Under the pieces are notes generated by a model, which ran no database searches, was not told where the DNA came from, and worked only from the letters and a program-made list of their open reading frames with translations. Shown one piece after another: positions 47,076 through 55,581 of a DNA stretch of 64,000 bases (positions within the stretch are counted from its first letter, which is position 1; every line of letters begins with the position of its first letter). Source of the stretch: a virus; IMG/VR virus record IMGVR_UViG_3300043419_002586. One strand, written 5' to 3'. The position numbers were made by a program, and so were the translations under genes.

Positions 47076-49891
47076 TATTTTTCTCCAAGGCTATCATTTT
47101 CTTGATTTGTATTGAACTTTGAATCTTCAGGAACATTAAATGGAGATTCATTAGGTTCAGATTGATCAGGACTTTGAGGTAATTTTGTTACACCAGTATC
47201 ATTAGGTAACTTAACCAAAGGCGCAATTTTGTCAGGATTTTTCAACAATTCCATTTTTTCGTAATATTCTTTACGTAATTTTTCTAATGATTGTTGCTCT
47301 TCATTTCTAATTCTACTGACTTGAGGCAGAATTCCATTTGGAGAAGCTATAATATTAGCCATAGGAATTCCTAATTTCTTCATTGTATCTAATTGCTTTT
47401 CAAGAGGCTTGAGTTTTTGAAGTAAAATTCTTTTTCTCATCATATGACCAGCAATGTTTTTCATACTCGACCATTGAGATTTTTTTTGTTGAATTTCAAT
47501 TAAGTCTTTTTGAAATTCAGCTAACTCACCCATAGCTTGAGTTTTTTGAACTTCATTAAAGTTTTTCATATTATTATTTATAGCATTTCTGAAAATATTT
47601 AAGACAGCCTTAAATTGAGTCTCTAATCTAGTAGTAAAATCTAAAAAGTCCTTAAGCTTTGTTTGAAAGTCTTGAGGCAAATCACCAACTGTATTGACCT
47701 GATTTCCTCCACCCACTTGCACTGCTTGTGTTTCAGCAGCTTGTAAGTTTCTTTCCTTAGTAGATAATTGCTCCATCAAATAAGTTTTTTGAACTCTAAA
47801 TTTTCCTAGAGCCATAGCATCTTGATCTGCTACACCTAAAGAAATCATTGTTTCTTGGAAATTTGCTGCTCTTTGCTTACCTTGTGCAGTCATATTTCCT
47901 GCGTTATCAAAATATTGAGCGCTTTGAGGAGCATTTCCTCCTACAAGATTTAACTGCATAAATAATTCGATAACATTATTTTTAAAACCCAACAAAAGTG
48001 ATGTAACACCTGTTACAATTACTGACCAATCGCTTGGATTTCTTAACAAACCTGCTATAGCATCTTTTGCAAAAATGGCTCCTAAAATAAAAGTTCCAAC
48101 ACTTGCTATTATGCCAATAGAATTGATGATGTAGCCTTTTGTTTTGTCATTGCCAGGATAAGTAGTACCTTGTTGAGGTATTCTTTGTGCAACTTTTTGA
48201 AAATTGACATTTGATTTTACAGTAGGTTTCTGAGAGCTTTGACCAGAATTTGGTGCAACTAAATTAGCTCCCATAAAAGCACCTAAAGCACCAGCTGCAG
48301 CACCTGGACCTAAAATAGCAGCCCCAATAGGTGAATTAATAATGTTTGATACTTGTGAGCTACCACCAGTACCACTATCATTTCTTAATGCTTGAAATAA
48401 ATTATTGAATTCTTGAGAAATTGATTCAAGGCTAAAGTTTTTAGTACCTAAAGAATTTATCAATTTTCTTATCAAGTTTTTTATAGCATCATAAATTGCA
48501 ATAATTTTAGGAATGTAAGTGCTGTTCCACAATCTTTCTATGTCTGCACCTAAAGATTTTATTCCTTGCTTGATTTTTTCAACAACAGTATTTGCTCCAT
48601 TTGAAACTGCATCAAATATTTGTTCTAAAGATAGTTTAGCATCATTCTTTTGTTGTTGAGTGGCAACTGGTGCAGTTTGAGCATAAATATGTCTTGTAAT
48701 TTCTGGACTTGCCAACTTAAGGTATTTAGATTCAATATTAGAAAATTGCTGTCTTCTAGTTGGAATAGCAGTAAAAGTCTCATCCCTTTGTTGTTGTTCT
48801 TCAAATTGGGAATAGTTTGCCGTTTCAGGCGAAGTGTCACCCAAAAATATACTTGAAGCTTGATTTAATAATATTTTAGATGCATTAAGATCATAAAACA
48901 TATCACGTAAAGCTCTATACATAGGCTGAGTAATTAAGAATTCAAAAGATTGGCCCAAAAACTTGATCATTTTAACAAGTTGTTGATTCATTTCTTCTGT
49001 TTTCATCATATCGTAAATAGCTTTTTGCATATTTACTTTTTGTTGTTGAATACGTAAAGCATCTCTACTTGCTTGATATCTTCTTCTTATTTCTTCAGAT
49101 TGTTCAGGCAAATTAGACTGTGATAATTCAACAAGATTATTGAAACTTAGTTGTGATTCAGGATCTTTTGATAAATATCCTAAACCAACTTTTGGTTGAT
49201 TTCCAGCAATAGCATCTTTGAGAACTGAAAAAATATCAACAGATGGATTTAATTTTTGATAATCACAAGCTAAATCAATAATATTTTTAGCTCTTGCGTA
49301 TTGAAATTTTTGTCCATAGTATTCAATGAAAAAGTTTATTAAGTCAGAAACGTTAGTAAAACAAGATCTTGATTTCTGAATTAAGTATTCAAGCAAACCG
49401 ATAACTTCTGTGAAAGGAATCAATTTTTCCAATCTATCAAAAGTTTCTCCAATTTGTTGTTCTGACATAAATGGTTTTAGTCTAGAAATAATTTGATCTT
49501 TAGATTCTAAGAAAGGAGCATAAGCTTCTGCAGGTTGTCCAACTTGTTCTGCTCCTCCCAACAAAGTACTTTGAATTCTGTCAACAGGACTTGCACTGCC
49601 ACTAGAACTATTAGATTTATTTCCTAAAACATTCATTTTCTTGATAAAGTCTTTAACATTATCTGAATTACTTAGGATATTTTTTGCATCAGGAGAATCT
49701 AATAATTTACTTTTGTCTCTTTCTGTAGTCAACTTACTTAATGCTTCAACAAGTTCGTCAACATTATTTAAAGTTGCCGATGTAACTACCTTTTTTTCTA
49801 AGATAATATTACTTGATACGAAATTAACAATTGAGCTTTCGTCATCATTAGGAACTGAAGCAATTAAACTATCATTGAATACAAATTTCAT
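47075..49891 (-). CDS. 938-aa helical protein with central hydrophobic/glycine-rich segments; candidate ejection or tape-measure-type protein
   Basis: IGAAILGPGAAAGALGAFMGANLVA, IINSIGIIASVGTFILGAIFA, WSVIVTGVTSLLLGF flanked by coiled-coil regions. Confidence 0.5.
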   Translation of the reverse strand: MKFVFNDSLIASVPNDDESSIVNFVSSNIILEKKVVTSATLNNVDELVEALSKLTTERDKSKLLDSPDAKNILSNSDNVKDFIKKMNVLGNKSNSSSGSASPVDRIQSTLLGGAEQVGQPAEAYAPFLESKDQIISRLKPFMSEQQIGETFDRLEKLIPFTEVIGLLEYLIQKSRSCFTNVSDLINFFIEYYGQKFQYARAKNIIDLACDYQKLNPSVDIFSVLKDAIAGNQPKVGLGYLSKDPESQLSFNNLVELSQSNLPEQSEEIRRRYQASRDALRIQQQKVNMQKAIYDMMKTEEMNQQLVKMIKFLGQSFEFLITQPMYRALRDMFYDLNASKILLNQASSIFLGDTSPETANYSQFEEQQQRDETFTAIPTRRQQFSNIESKYLKLASPEITRHIYAQTAPVATQQQKNDAKLSLEQIFDAVSNGANTVVEKIKQGIKSLGADIERLWNSTYIPKIIAIYDAIKNLIRKLINSLGTKNFSLESISQEFNNLFQALRNDSGTGGSSQVSNIINSPIGAAILGPGAAAGALGAFMGANLVAPNSGQSSQKPTVKSNVNFQKVAQRIPQQGTTYPGNDKTKGYIINSIGIIASVGTFILGAIFAKDAIAGLLRNPSDWSVIVTGVTSLLLGFKNNVIELFMQLNLVGGNAPQSAQYFDNAGNMTAQGKQRAANFQETMISLGVADQDAMALGKFRVQKTYLMEQLSTKERNLQAAETQAVQVGGGNQVNTVGDLPQDFQTKLKDFLDFTTRLETQFKAVLNIFRNAINNNMKNFNEVQKTQAMGELAEFQKDLIEIQQKKSQWSSMKNIAGHMMRKRILLQKLKPLEKQLDTMKKLGIPMANIIASPNGILPQVSRIRNEEQQSLEKLRKEYYEKMELLKNPDKIAPLVKLPNDTGVTKLPQSPDQSEPNESPFNVPEDSKFNTNQENDSLGEK

Positions 49892-49896
49892 AAGAT

Positions 49897-50073
49897 TTAT
49901 TCTGCTTTTGTAATTTTAAATGTTGATGTTGAACAGTGAGGACATTTACCTTGAAGAGCGTGTCTACTACTTTTCATAACAATTTTCTTAGGAGCGGAAA
50001 CCATAACCATAGTTCTGCACTTAACACAATACATATGATGGGTTGTTCCAGCGTCTGTAATTTCTGAACTCAT
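49897..50073 (-). CDS. 58-aa zinc-ribbon protein, DUF5679-like; not in the ORF track
   Basis: Manual translation MSSEITDAGTTHHMYCVKCRTMVMVSAPKKIVMKSSRHALQGKCPHCSTSTFKITKAE; two CxxC pairs; SD AAAGGAG upstream. Confidence 0.85.
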   Translation of the reverse strand: MSSEITDAGTTHHMYCVKCRTMVMVSAPKKIVMKSSRHALQGKCPHCSTSTFKITKAE

Positions 50074-50151
50074 TTTTTGAGTACTCCTTTAATAAGATTT
50101 CAAAAGATATTGTACAATTACCTTTATATCTCTTACCTTAAATAATAAAAT
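50074..50151. promoter_or_regulatory. Divergent promoter region between the two gene blocks
   Basis: 78-bp gap at the only coding-strand switch; contains palindrome ATTGTACAAT (50109-50118). Confidence 0.6.
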
Positions 50152-50496
50152 ATGCCTAGATACGAATACTTATGTGAATGCTCAATTGAACCTAAAACAT
50201 TCACAATATCTCTTTCTTTTAGTGAATACCAACCTGTAATTCCTTGCCCTTGTGGAAATGGCCAAGCGAAAAGAGTTTTCAACAGTTTTAATGTTCAAGA
50301 TGGCTTGACTGCTAAAGAAAAACAATTTGGAACCACTTTAAAACGTAAACAAATGACAGAATTTGTGAAAGATCAAAAAAATGTCAGAAAAAACTCTTAC
50401 GATCCAAATTCAAGAGAGTCTAAATCAAATGAGTATTGGACCGGAAAAGAAGGCTTGGACGGTATAACATCTTTACCTGTAAATAAAAAGGATTAA
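50152..50496 (+). CDS. FmdB-family zinc-ribbon protein
   Basis: MPRYEYLCEC...CPCGNGQAKRVF matches the MPxYEYxC..C...CPxCG...KR signature. Confidence 0.8.
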   Translation: MPRYEYLCECSIEPKTFTISLSFSEYQPVIPCPCGNGQAKRVFNSFNVQDGLTAKEKQFGTTLKRKQMTEFVKDQKNVRKNSYDPNSRESKSNEYWTGKEGLDGITSLPVNKKD

Positions 50497-50499
50497 AAT

Positions 50500-51282
50500 A
50501 TGAATGAAAGTGTAAATCAAGAGCCAGAATCATTTATCGTACAAAATGTAACTCTTGGCCCACATTATGTTAGTGATATCAGATTGAACTTTGGGCCTCT
50601 TCAAGCAATTGACCTTACTTGGGAAGATCCAAAGGTAGTAAAAGCTTCCAAGGACTTGAGAAATTCACTAAGATTAGGATTGCTTAGAAAGATTTCTCCT
50701 GAGCAATTTGATTCAATTGAAGAGAAGGCAGCAATTAAGGGCAAAAAAGAATTACTCAAGCAGCAAAGCAATAACAATCTCAGAACCGTTGATATTGACG
50801 GAAAATCAATTGAGGCTGAAAGTATTGATGCAGAAAAAGCTTACAAGAGTAAAAATGATGTGACAACTGCTGGATATGCAAATGATTCACTCTCTTATGC
50901 AATGGCTTTAGATATTGCACAAACTCAAGCAGAATTACAAGGTGATGATCTTTCAGTAGAGCAATTTGCAGAAAAGGTACAGAAAAACCCAGGCATTATT
51001 AATCAACTCTTAGCTCAACAGAAAAATCTAGATGCAAATAGTTCTGTCTCAGGAGTAGAAACAAGAGGTAGAGCTTTTGTTGCAGAGCCTCCTTCAGATG
51101 CAATTAGAGGTTCTAGTGTAAGAGAAGTTGAGATGACAAATTATAATCGAGATCGAAGAGTTGCTGGAGCCGATTTTGACTATAACGACAATGGCGATGA
51201 TGGATACGATTCTATTGCTGATGCTATTGATTTAGAAGCAGATATGGGCGAGGGAGAAGAGGGCTCAATTAGAAGAGTTTAG
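50500..51282 (+). CDS. Hypothetical protein (260 aa), acidic C-terminus
   Basis: Long ORF with AAGGA SD, followed by a terminator; no recognised family. Confidence 0.7.
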   Translation: MNESVNQEPESFIVQNVTLGPHYVSDIRLNFGPLQAIDLTWEDPKVVKASKDLRNSLRLGLLRKISPEQFDSIEEKAAIKGKKELLKQQSNNNLRTVDIDGKSIEAESIDAEKAYKSKNDVTTAGYANDSLSYAMALDIAQTQAELQGDDLSVEQFAEKVQKNPGIINQLLAQQKNLDANSSVSGVETRGRAFVAEPPSDAIRGSSVREVEMTNYNRDRRVAGADFDYNDNGDDGYDSIADAIDLEADMGEGEEGSIRRV

Positions 51283-51300
51283 AAAGTTTAATCTAGACTG

Positions 51301-51337
51301 AATAAAGGCTATCCAGTCGGATGGCCTTTATTTTTTT
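51301..51337 (+). terminator. Intrinsic terminator
   Basis: AATAAAGGCTATCC-AGTC-GGATGGCCTTTATT hairpin (one G-U pair) running into a T tract, just after the stop at 51282. Confidence 0.8.
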
Positions 51338-51347
51338 GGGAGAAAAT

Positions 51348-52457
51348 ATGGCAAACGATTTTTCAGCTCAATCTTTTAACAACAGCACCTTAGTTTATTA
51401 TAATACCCAACCATCATATCCAGGAATCTTTATAGAATGGGAAAGATCTGGAGCACAAAATGTTGCCTTTTACAAAATTCAAAAAAGCACTAATTTTGAA
51501 GGCACTTACACCACAATAGCTACTGTTACATTTCCAACAAATGAAGGTGTTGATACAAATGGCTCACCTTCAGACTATTACAGAATTCAAGAAGTAGATT
51601 CAAACGGAAATGTGCTTAATACTTCGTCTCCAATGCTAGGAGATGAATTACTCGTAAAAAGTAGTTTAAGGTATGAATTAGAGCATCTTTTGAACATTCC
51701 TATTTATGATGAAGAAGTAATTTTTAGAAGAAATAGAAGTGTAGGGTCAGTTGCTTTCCCTTTTTGGAATTCTGTACCAAAACCTGAAGTAAGAATTTCA
51801 GGTCCATCGAATCAAGGCGATAGAGATCCATTAATTCAATTATCAGAGACAACACCAATTTACTCAACAATCAACACCACTTATGATCCAATTATCAAAA
51901 ACAGGGATGGGTATGAATCACAGTATACAAATGGAAACAACTATCCAAATGGACTAATGGTGAAATATGATTTTATGGGAAATATTTATTTCATAGATTC
52001 AAATGGAAATCCAGTAGAAATTCACAGTTACGATAATGTGTTAGTATCATATAGCATTAAGATGATTACTAACGATCATATGAACAGTAGTTTGTATATG
52101 GCACTTCAAGCAATAAATTCTCAACCCGGAGCTAGTAAGTTTCAAACAGTAGCATCAGCTCCTTATTTCTATGACCCTGCATTAGTATTTGGAGCAGCTT
52201 ATTATATCCTAAGAAGTTTACTTACAAGTTTGACTAACAGACAAAGAAGATTACTTATTGAAGATCCTGATGCAAGAATTACTGATGACATTAGACAATC
52301 AGCAACAATGTACAAAGAAGAATTTGAAAAATTGTTAGAAAAATTACCAATTGCTACTTATCCTGGAATAAGATCAGTTGTTGTACCAGAATTTAATATG
52401 CCTGGAGGAAGAAGTAGATTTTTCAGATATATCTGGAATATTGGTACTGGAGGGTAA
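51348..52457 (+). CDS. Neck / head-tail adaptor-like protein with N-terminal fibronectin-III-like domain
   Basis: IEWERS..VAFYKIQKS...DYYRIQEVD (FN3-like); C-terminal helical LYMALQAINSQP...ALVFGAAYYILRSL...YKEEFEKL typical of adaptor folds. Start moved to ATG 51348 (GGGAG SD; 51321 lies inside the terminator). Confidence 0.5.
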   Translation: MANDFSAQSFNNSTLVYYNTQPSYPGIFIEWERSGAQNVAFYKIQKSTNFEGTYTTIATVTFPTNEGVDTNGSPSDYYRIQEVDSNGNVLNTSSPMLGDELLVKSSLRYELEHLLNIPIYDEEVIFRRNRSVGSVAFPFWNSVPKPEVRISGPSNQGDRDPLIQLSETTPIYSTINTTYDPIIKNRDGYESQYTNGNNYPNGLMVKYDFMGNIYFIDSNGNPVEIHSYDNVLVSYSIKMITNDHMNSSLYMALQAINSQPGASKFQTVASAPYFYDPALVFGAAYYILRSLLTSLTNRQRRLLIEDPDARITDDIRQSATMYKEEFEKLLEKLPIATYPGIRSVVVPEFNMPGGRSRFFRYIWNIGTGG

Positions 52458-52611
52458 ATTGTTCAGTTGCTTAATGTAGCAACAATTTACTTAAAAATTT
52501 AAAATTTAAAAATTTCTTTTAAAGATTAATGTTAATATACATTTTAATATTAAATATTAATTCCCATTATTAATGGGTGTAAAAAAAGAGAAAACTAAAA
52601 GGATACTAAAA

Positions 52612-53028
52612 ATGAACAAAGTGATTAAGGTATTGGACGATATAAAAACGAGAGTAGCTCAAGTGAATCCTGAGTTAAGCAACAAAATCAATAATGCTGT
52701 TTACGATATGGGAGACGCTAATCTGATGGAAACTGAAGATTCATCAATTGATTTAGGAAATAATCCTAAAATCGAATCATATGCAAGACCAAGACCAAAT
52801 GTAAGTGTTGTGAGTGATGATGGGACAGTTCATAGCTTTGCAGTTGAAATCAAAGCTATGAACAATGGTCCAATTCCAGACACGCAGTTAATGAGCAAAA
52901 TTTTACAAGCAGTTGAAAATCATTCAGATAGTGCAAAAGAATATTCCGCTGGTGATGCTCCAGAGTCAAATTCTTTTGAAGTTGTAAGCTTTAAATACGA
53001 AAGAAGAGATGACAAAAAGAAACAATAA
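52612..53028 (+). CDS. Hypothetical protein (approx. 138 aa)
   Basis: ORF track 52573..53028; ATG 52612 preferred because of AAGGA upstream. Confidence 0.65.
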   Translation: MNKVIKVLDDIKTRVAQVNPELSNKINNAVYDMGDANLMETEDSSIDLGNNPKIESYARPRPNVSVVSDDGTVHSFAVEIKAMNNGPIPDTQLMSKILQAVENHSDSAKEYSAGDAPESNSFEVVSFKYERRDDKKKQ

Positions 53029-53044
53029 ACTGTAAAATCAGTTT

Positions 53045-53584
53045 ATGGACGACGATCAGATCAATGCTTTAAGACACTCTTTCACTAATCCTCATCGTGA
53101 AGATCTCCCCAAGCCAAAAATGAATAAATTTGGGCATACAGTGCTTGGGGACGAGATGGAAATGACAGATCGTGAAATTGACCTTAAAATCAATGAATTT
53201 GGGGATGTTAGTGCTGAACCAAAGCAAAGTCTTTTTGATAGCCCAGAATTTCAAAAATGGGCAGAAAAACAACCCATTTTGAAGCCAACTGAACCTGAAG
53301 TGAAAGAAGAAATAGAGCATCAAGCAGCAATTACCCCTAATTCAGTCAATATTGCAGACTTAATTTCTGAGCTTGACGAAATGGATGGTACTACAGAGCG
53401 TAAGCAAGTAGAAAAGCATCAAATGAAAAGATGTGCAAATGAAAAGTGCTTATATGCTTTGCCAATTGATGCTAAATTTTGTTTAAAGTGTGGAACGGCT
53501 CAACTAGCAAAATTCTGTACTGAATGTGGTTTTCAGTTCCTAGGTATGGAAAAGTTTTGCCCTGATTGTGGAAATAAAAGATAG
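53045..53584 (+). CDS. Protein with C-terminal double zinc ribbon
   Basis: CANEKC, AKFCLKCG, KFCTECG, KFCPDCG. Confidence 0.85.
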   Translation: MDDDQINALRHSFTNPHREDLPKPKMNKFGHTVLGDEMEMTDREIDLKINEFGDVSAEPKQSLFDSPEFQKWAEKQPILKPTEPEVKEEIEHQAAITPNSVNIADLISELDEMDGTTERKQVEKHQMKRCANEKCLYALPIDAKFCLKCGTAQLAKFCTECGFQFLGMEKFCPDCGNKR

Positions 53585-53618
53585 GTAAAAAAGCTGGATA
53601 CCTAGTATTTTCTTTATT

Positions 53619-54299
53619 ATGGAACGTTCTTGGTACTATATAGCAAAAGAATGCACAGCTTTGAGAAAAAATGTCTTAAGGGTTGATTTATGTGTATTTA
53701 TTGATAACGAAGAAGCATTTTCTAACGAAGACTACTTAAATTCTACTATCAAATCAATTCTTACATCAGCTATAATTAATGGGCTAGATATTGTAGGAAT
53801 TTTATCTCCTAATACACCTTCTGTAGGCTTAAGAGCAAAAAAAATGGCTCAAGAACAACAAATGGACATTGTTGTTGCTTCTGGTCAAACATATATTTGC
53901 TCCGGTAAAGAAGAAATATATATTTATAATTTACTTAAACCAGTGCCAAGAAATCTTTCAATCGATAAAGCTTGTGGTTACGTTCACGACAATAATGGAT
54001 TTGTATTAGCCACAAATGTAAATTCAAAATTAGCTCCAGTATTAAATCGTTTACAAGGAAGTAAATTTGCACCTGATGCAGTTGAAATTTTTAATGCAAA
54101 ATCAGGTGGATATAGAGATGTTGACATTGATTTTCCTAGATTTGTAAATTCAGGGGCAACTTCAGCAAATGATCTTGATAACTCAAATGTTTTTACCTTG
54201 ATACAAAGAAAAACTGCACAAGAAATGGGATTGATACAAGGTGATGAGGGTGTTGATTACACACCAAAATATTTAAGACCTAACACAGGAGTCGTATAA
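53619..54299 (+). CDS. PHP-fold protein, metal ligands apparently lost
   Basis: RVDLCVF, AIINGLDIVGILSPN, VVASGQ, VHDNNGFVLATN, DAVEIFNA, NSGA align in order with PHP motifs DLHxH, GLDxIAITDHN, PGxE, IHxxGGxxxxAHP, DAIEVxN, GSDAH. Confidence 0.7.
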   Translation: MERSWYYIAKECTALRKNVLRVDLCVFIDNEEAFSNEDYLNSTIKSILTSAIINGLDIVGILSPNTPSVGLRAKKMAQEQQMDIVVASGQTYICSGKEEIYIYNLLKPVPRNLSIDKACGYVHDNNGFVLATNVNSKLAPVLNRLQGSKFAPDAVEIFNAKSGGYRDVDIDFPRFVNSGATSANDLDNSNVFTLIQRKTAQEMGLIQGDEGVDYTPKYLRPNTGVV

Positions 54300-54793
54300 T
54301 GCCACGTTCTTACTGCACAACAAATGATGTAAAGCAATATCTGCCACCTAATGTCGTAACAGAAGGTGATAATCCAATTCCAAATTTTAGAAACCCTACA
54401 CCTGAATCAGCATCAAATATAAACTTGGATTTCTTCATACAGCAAGCATCTGCAGAAATTGATGCTAATCTTGCCACAATGTATGATGTACCTTTGAAGC
54501 AAGTAAATATGGGCGGAGATGTTTCATATCCTCATCCAATTCCTGTAATATGCGCTATTCTTGCAGCTCAAATGTATTATATGCAAGCACTTCAAGGAGC
54601 TGACCCACAATATTCGGATGCACAAAAAGTAAGATTTGACTTTGCTCAAAATGAAATTGTTAGAATTCAAAATGGTGAAATTAGATTGTTTGGACAAAGA
54701 AATACTCGTGGGGACAGATTTGTAAGAGCTACTTTAAGAGGGGTTGTAAGTAATCCTACAGAGGGCAAACGTTCAAAAGGCCAAAGTCAATAG
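54299..54793 (+). CDS. Mu gp36-like (DUF1320) head-tail adaptor protein
   Basis: YCTxxDV...IQQASAEIDANLATMYDVPL...P..I..ICAILAA...RFDFAQNEIVRIQNGEIRL matches the family pattern. Confidence 0.8.
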   Translation: MPRSYCTTNDVKQYLPPNVVTEGDNPIPNFRNPTPESASNINLDFFIQQASAEIDANLATMYDVPLKQVNMGGDVSYPHPIPVICAILAAQMYYMQALQGADPQYSDAQKVRFDFAQNEIVRIQNGEIRLFGQRNTRGDRFVRATLRGVVSNPTEGKRSKGQSQ

Positions 54794-54802
54794 GTGAAAT
54801 AA

Positions 54803-55579
54803 ATGCTTGAACGAGTTTATGATACCTTAAGAGGCATTTTGTTCTACGAATTACCAAAGAATACCAAAGGTGAAGCTGTAATTTTTGATAGACCTGTATC
54901 AGGATTTTACATAGGAGAAGCAGCTGTAAGACCAAATGCAATTTCTATAATTTTCAAGGGTGCAAGTTCTCCCTTAAAAGACATTTCATTTGGATTACAA
55001 GAATTTGAACACAACGTCAATATAGAAGTCAATGTTGGCGCAGATAATATTGAAACTACTGAAAGAGTTACCCAAGAAGCTACAAGAATAATTTTATCTA
55101 TCTTAAGAAAACATAGAAGAATTTGGGTTGTTGATATTTGTCCTATTTGTGAAAAGTTTACATTATCTCCAGCTCATTTTACTGTAGATCACAGCAATAT
55201 CTTAAGTTCGTATGCAACAACAGTGACAAACGAATTCAATAATCTTTGGTCAGAAACCCATCCTGCAAATTTAGCAGCTCCAGCTTTACCTGATTCTGGT
55301 AAAGCTGCAGAAGCATTCATCAGAATGTATAACGATGTTGGAGCTGGAACTACAGTTGCAAATTTACCAACCAAAGCCAGAAACAACATTCTTAGAATGC
55401 AAGCTGACAATGTAGAGCCTGTAAGAATGCTTTATGATGTTTTATGCAATGATAATAAATCATCTGATGATGCTACAGGAAAGCAACTTTTTAGAAGTGG
55501 CACTATTACTATAACAGCTAAAGAATTAGTTAGACAAATTTACTTTGGTCCAGATAACGTTCCAACTACAGCATATTAA
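54803..55579 (+). CDS. Tail terminator / tail completion-like protein with internal insertion
   Basis: N-terminal helix (VYDTLRGIL), FYIG, P.AISI, strand EHNVNIEVNV, helix EATRIILSILRKH and final strand FRSGTITITAK; directly follows the adaptor gene. Confidence 0.5.
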   Translation: MLERVYDTLRGILFYELPKNTKGEAVIFDRPVSGFYIGEAAVRPNAISIIFKGASSPLKDISFGLQEFEHNVNIEVNVGADNIETTERVTQEATRIILSILRKHRRIWVVDICPICEKFTLSPAHFTVDHSNILSSYATTVTNEFNNLWSETHPANLAAPALPDSGKAAEAFIRMYNDVGAGTTVANLPTKARNNILRMQADNVEPVRMLYDVLCNDNKSSDDATGKQLFRSGTITITAKELVRQIYFGPDNVPTTAY

Positions 55580-55581
55580 AA

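Noticed and set aside
3006-49891. Cellular S-layer/adhesin locus or chromosomal contractile injection system
   Set aside because: No signal peptides or secretion genes, and head-tail adaptor-like genes imply a capsid; not fully excluded without the rest of the contig.
50074-50151. Replication origin at the strand switch
   Set aside because: Base-composition change is explained by coding-strand bias; no iterons or DnaA boxes recognised.
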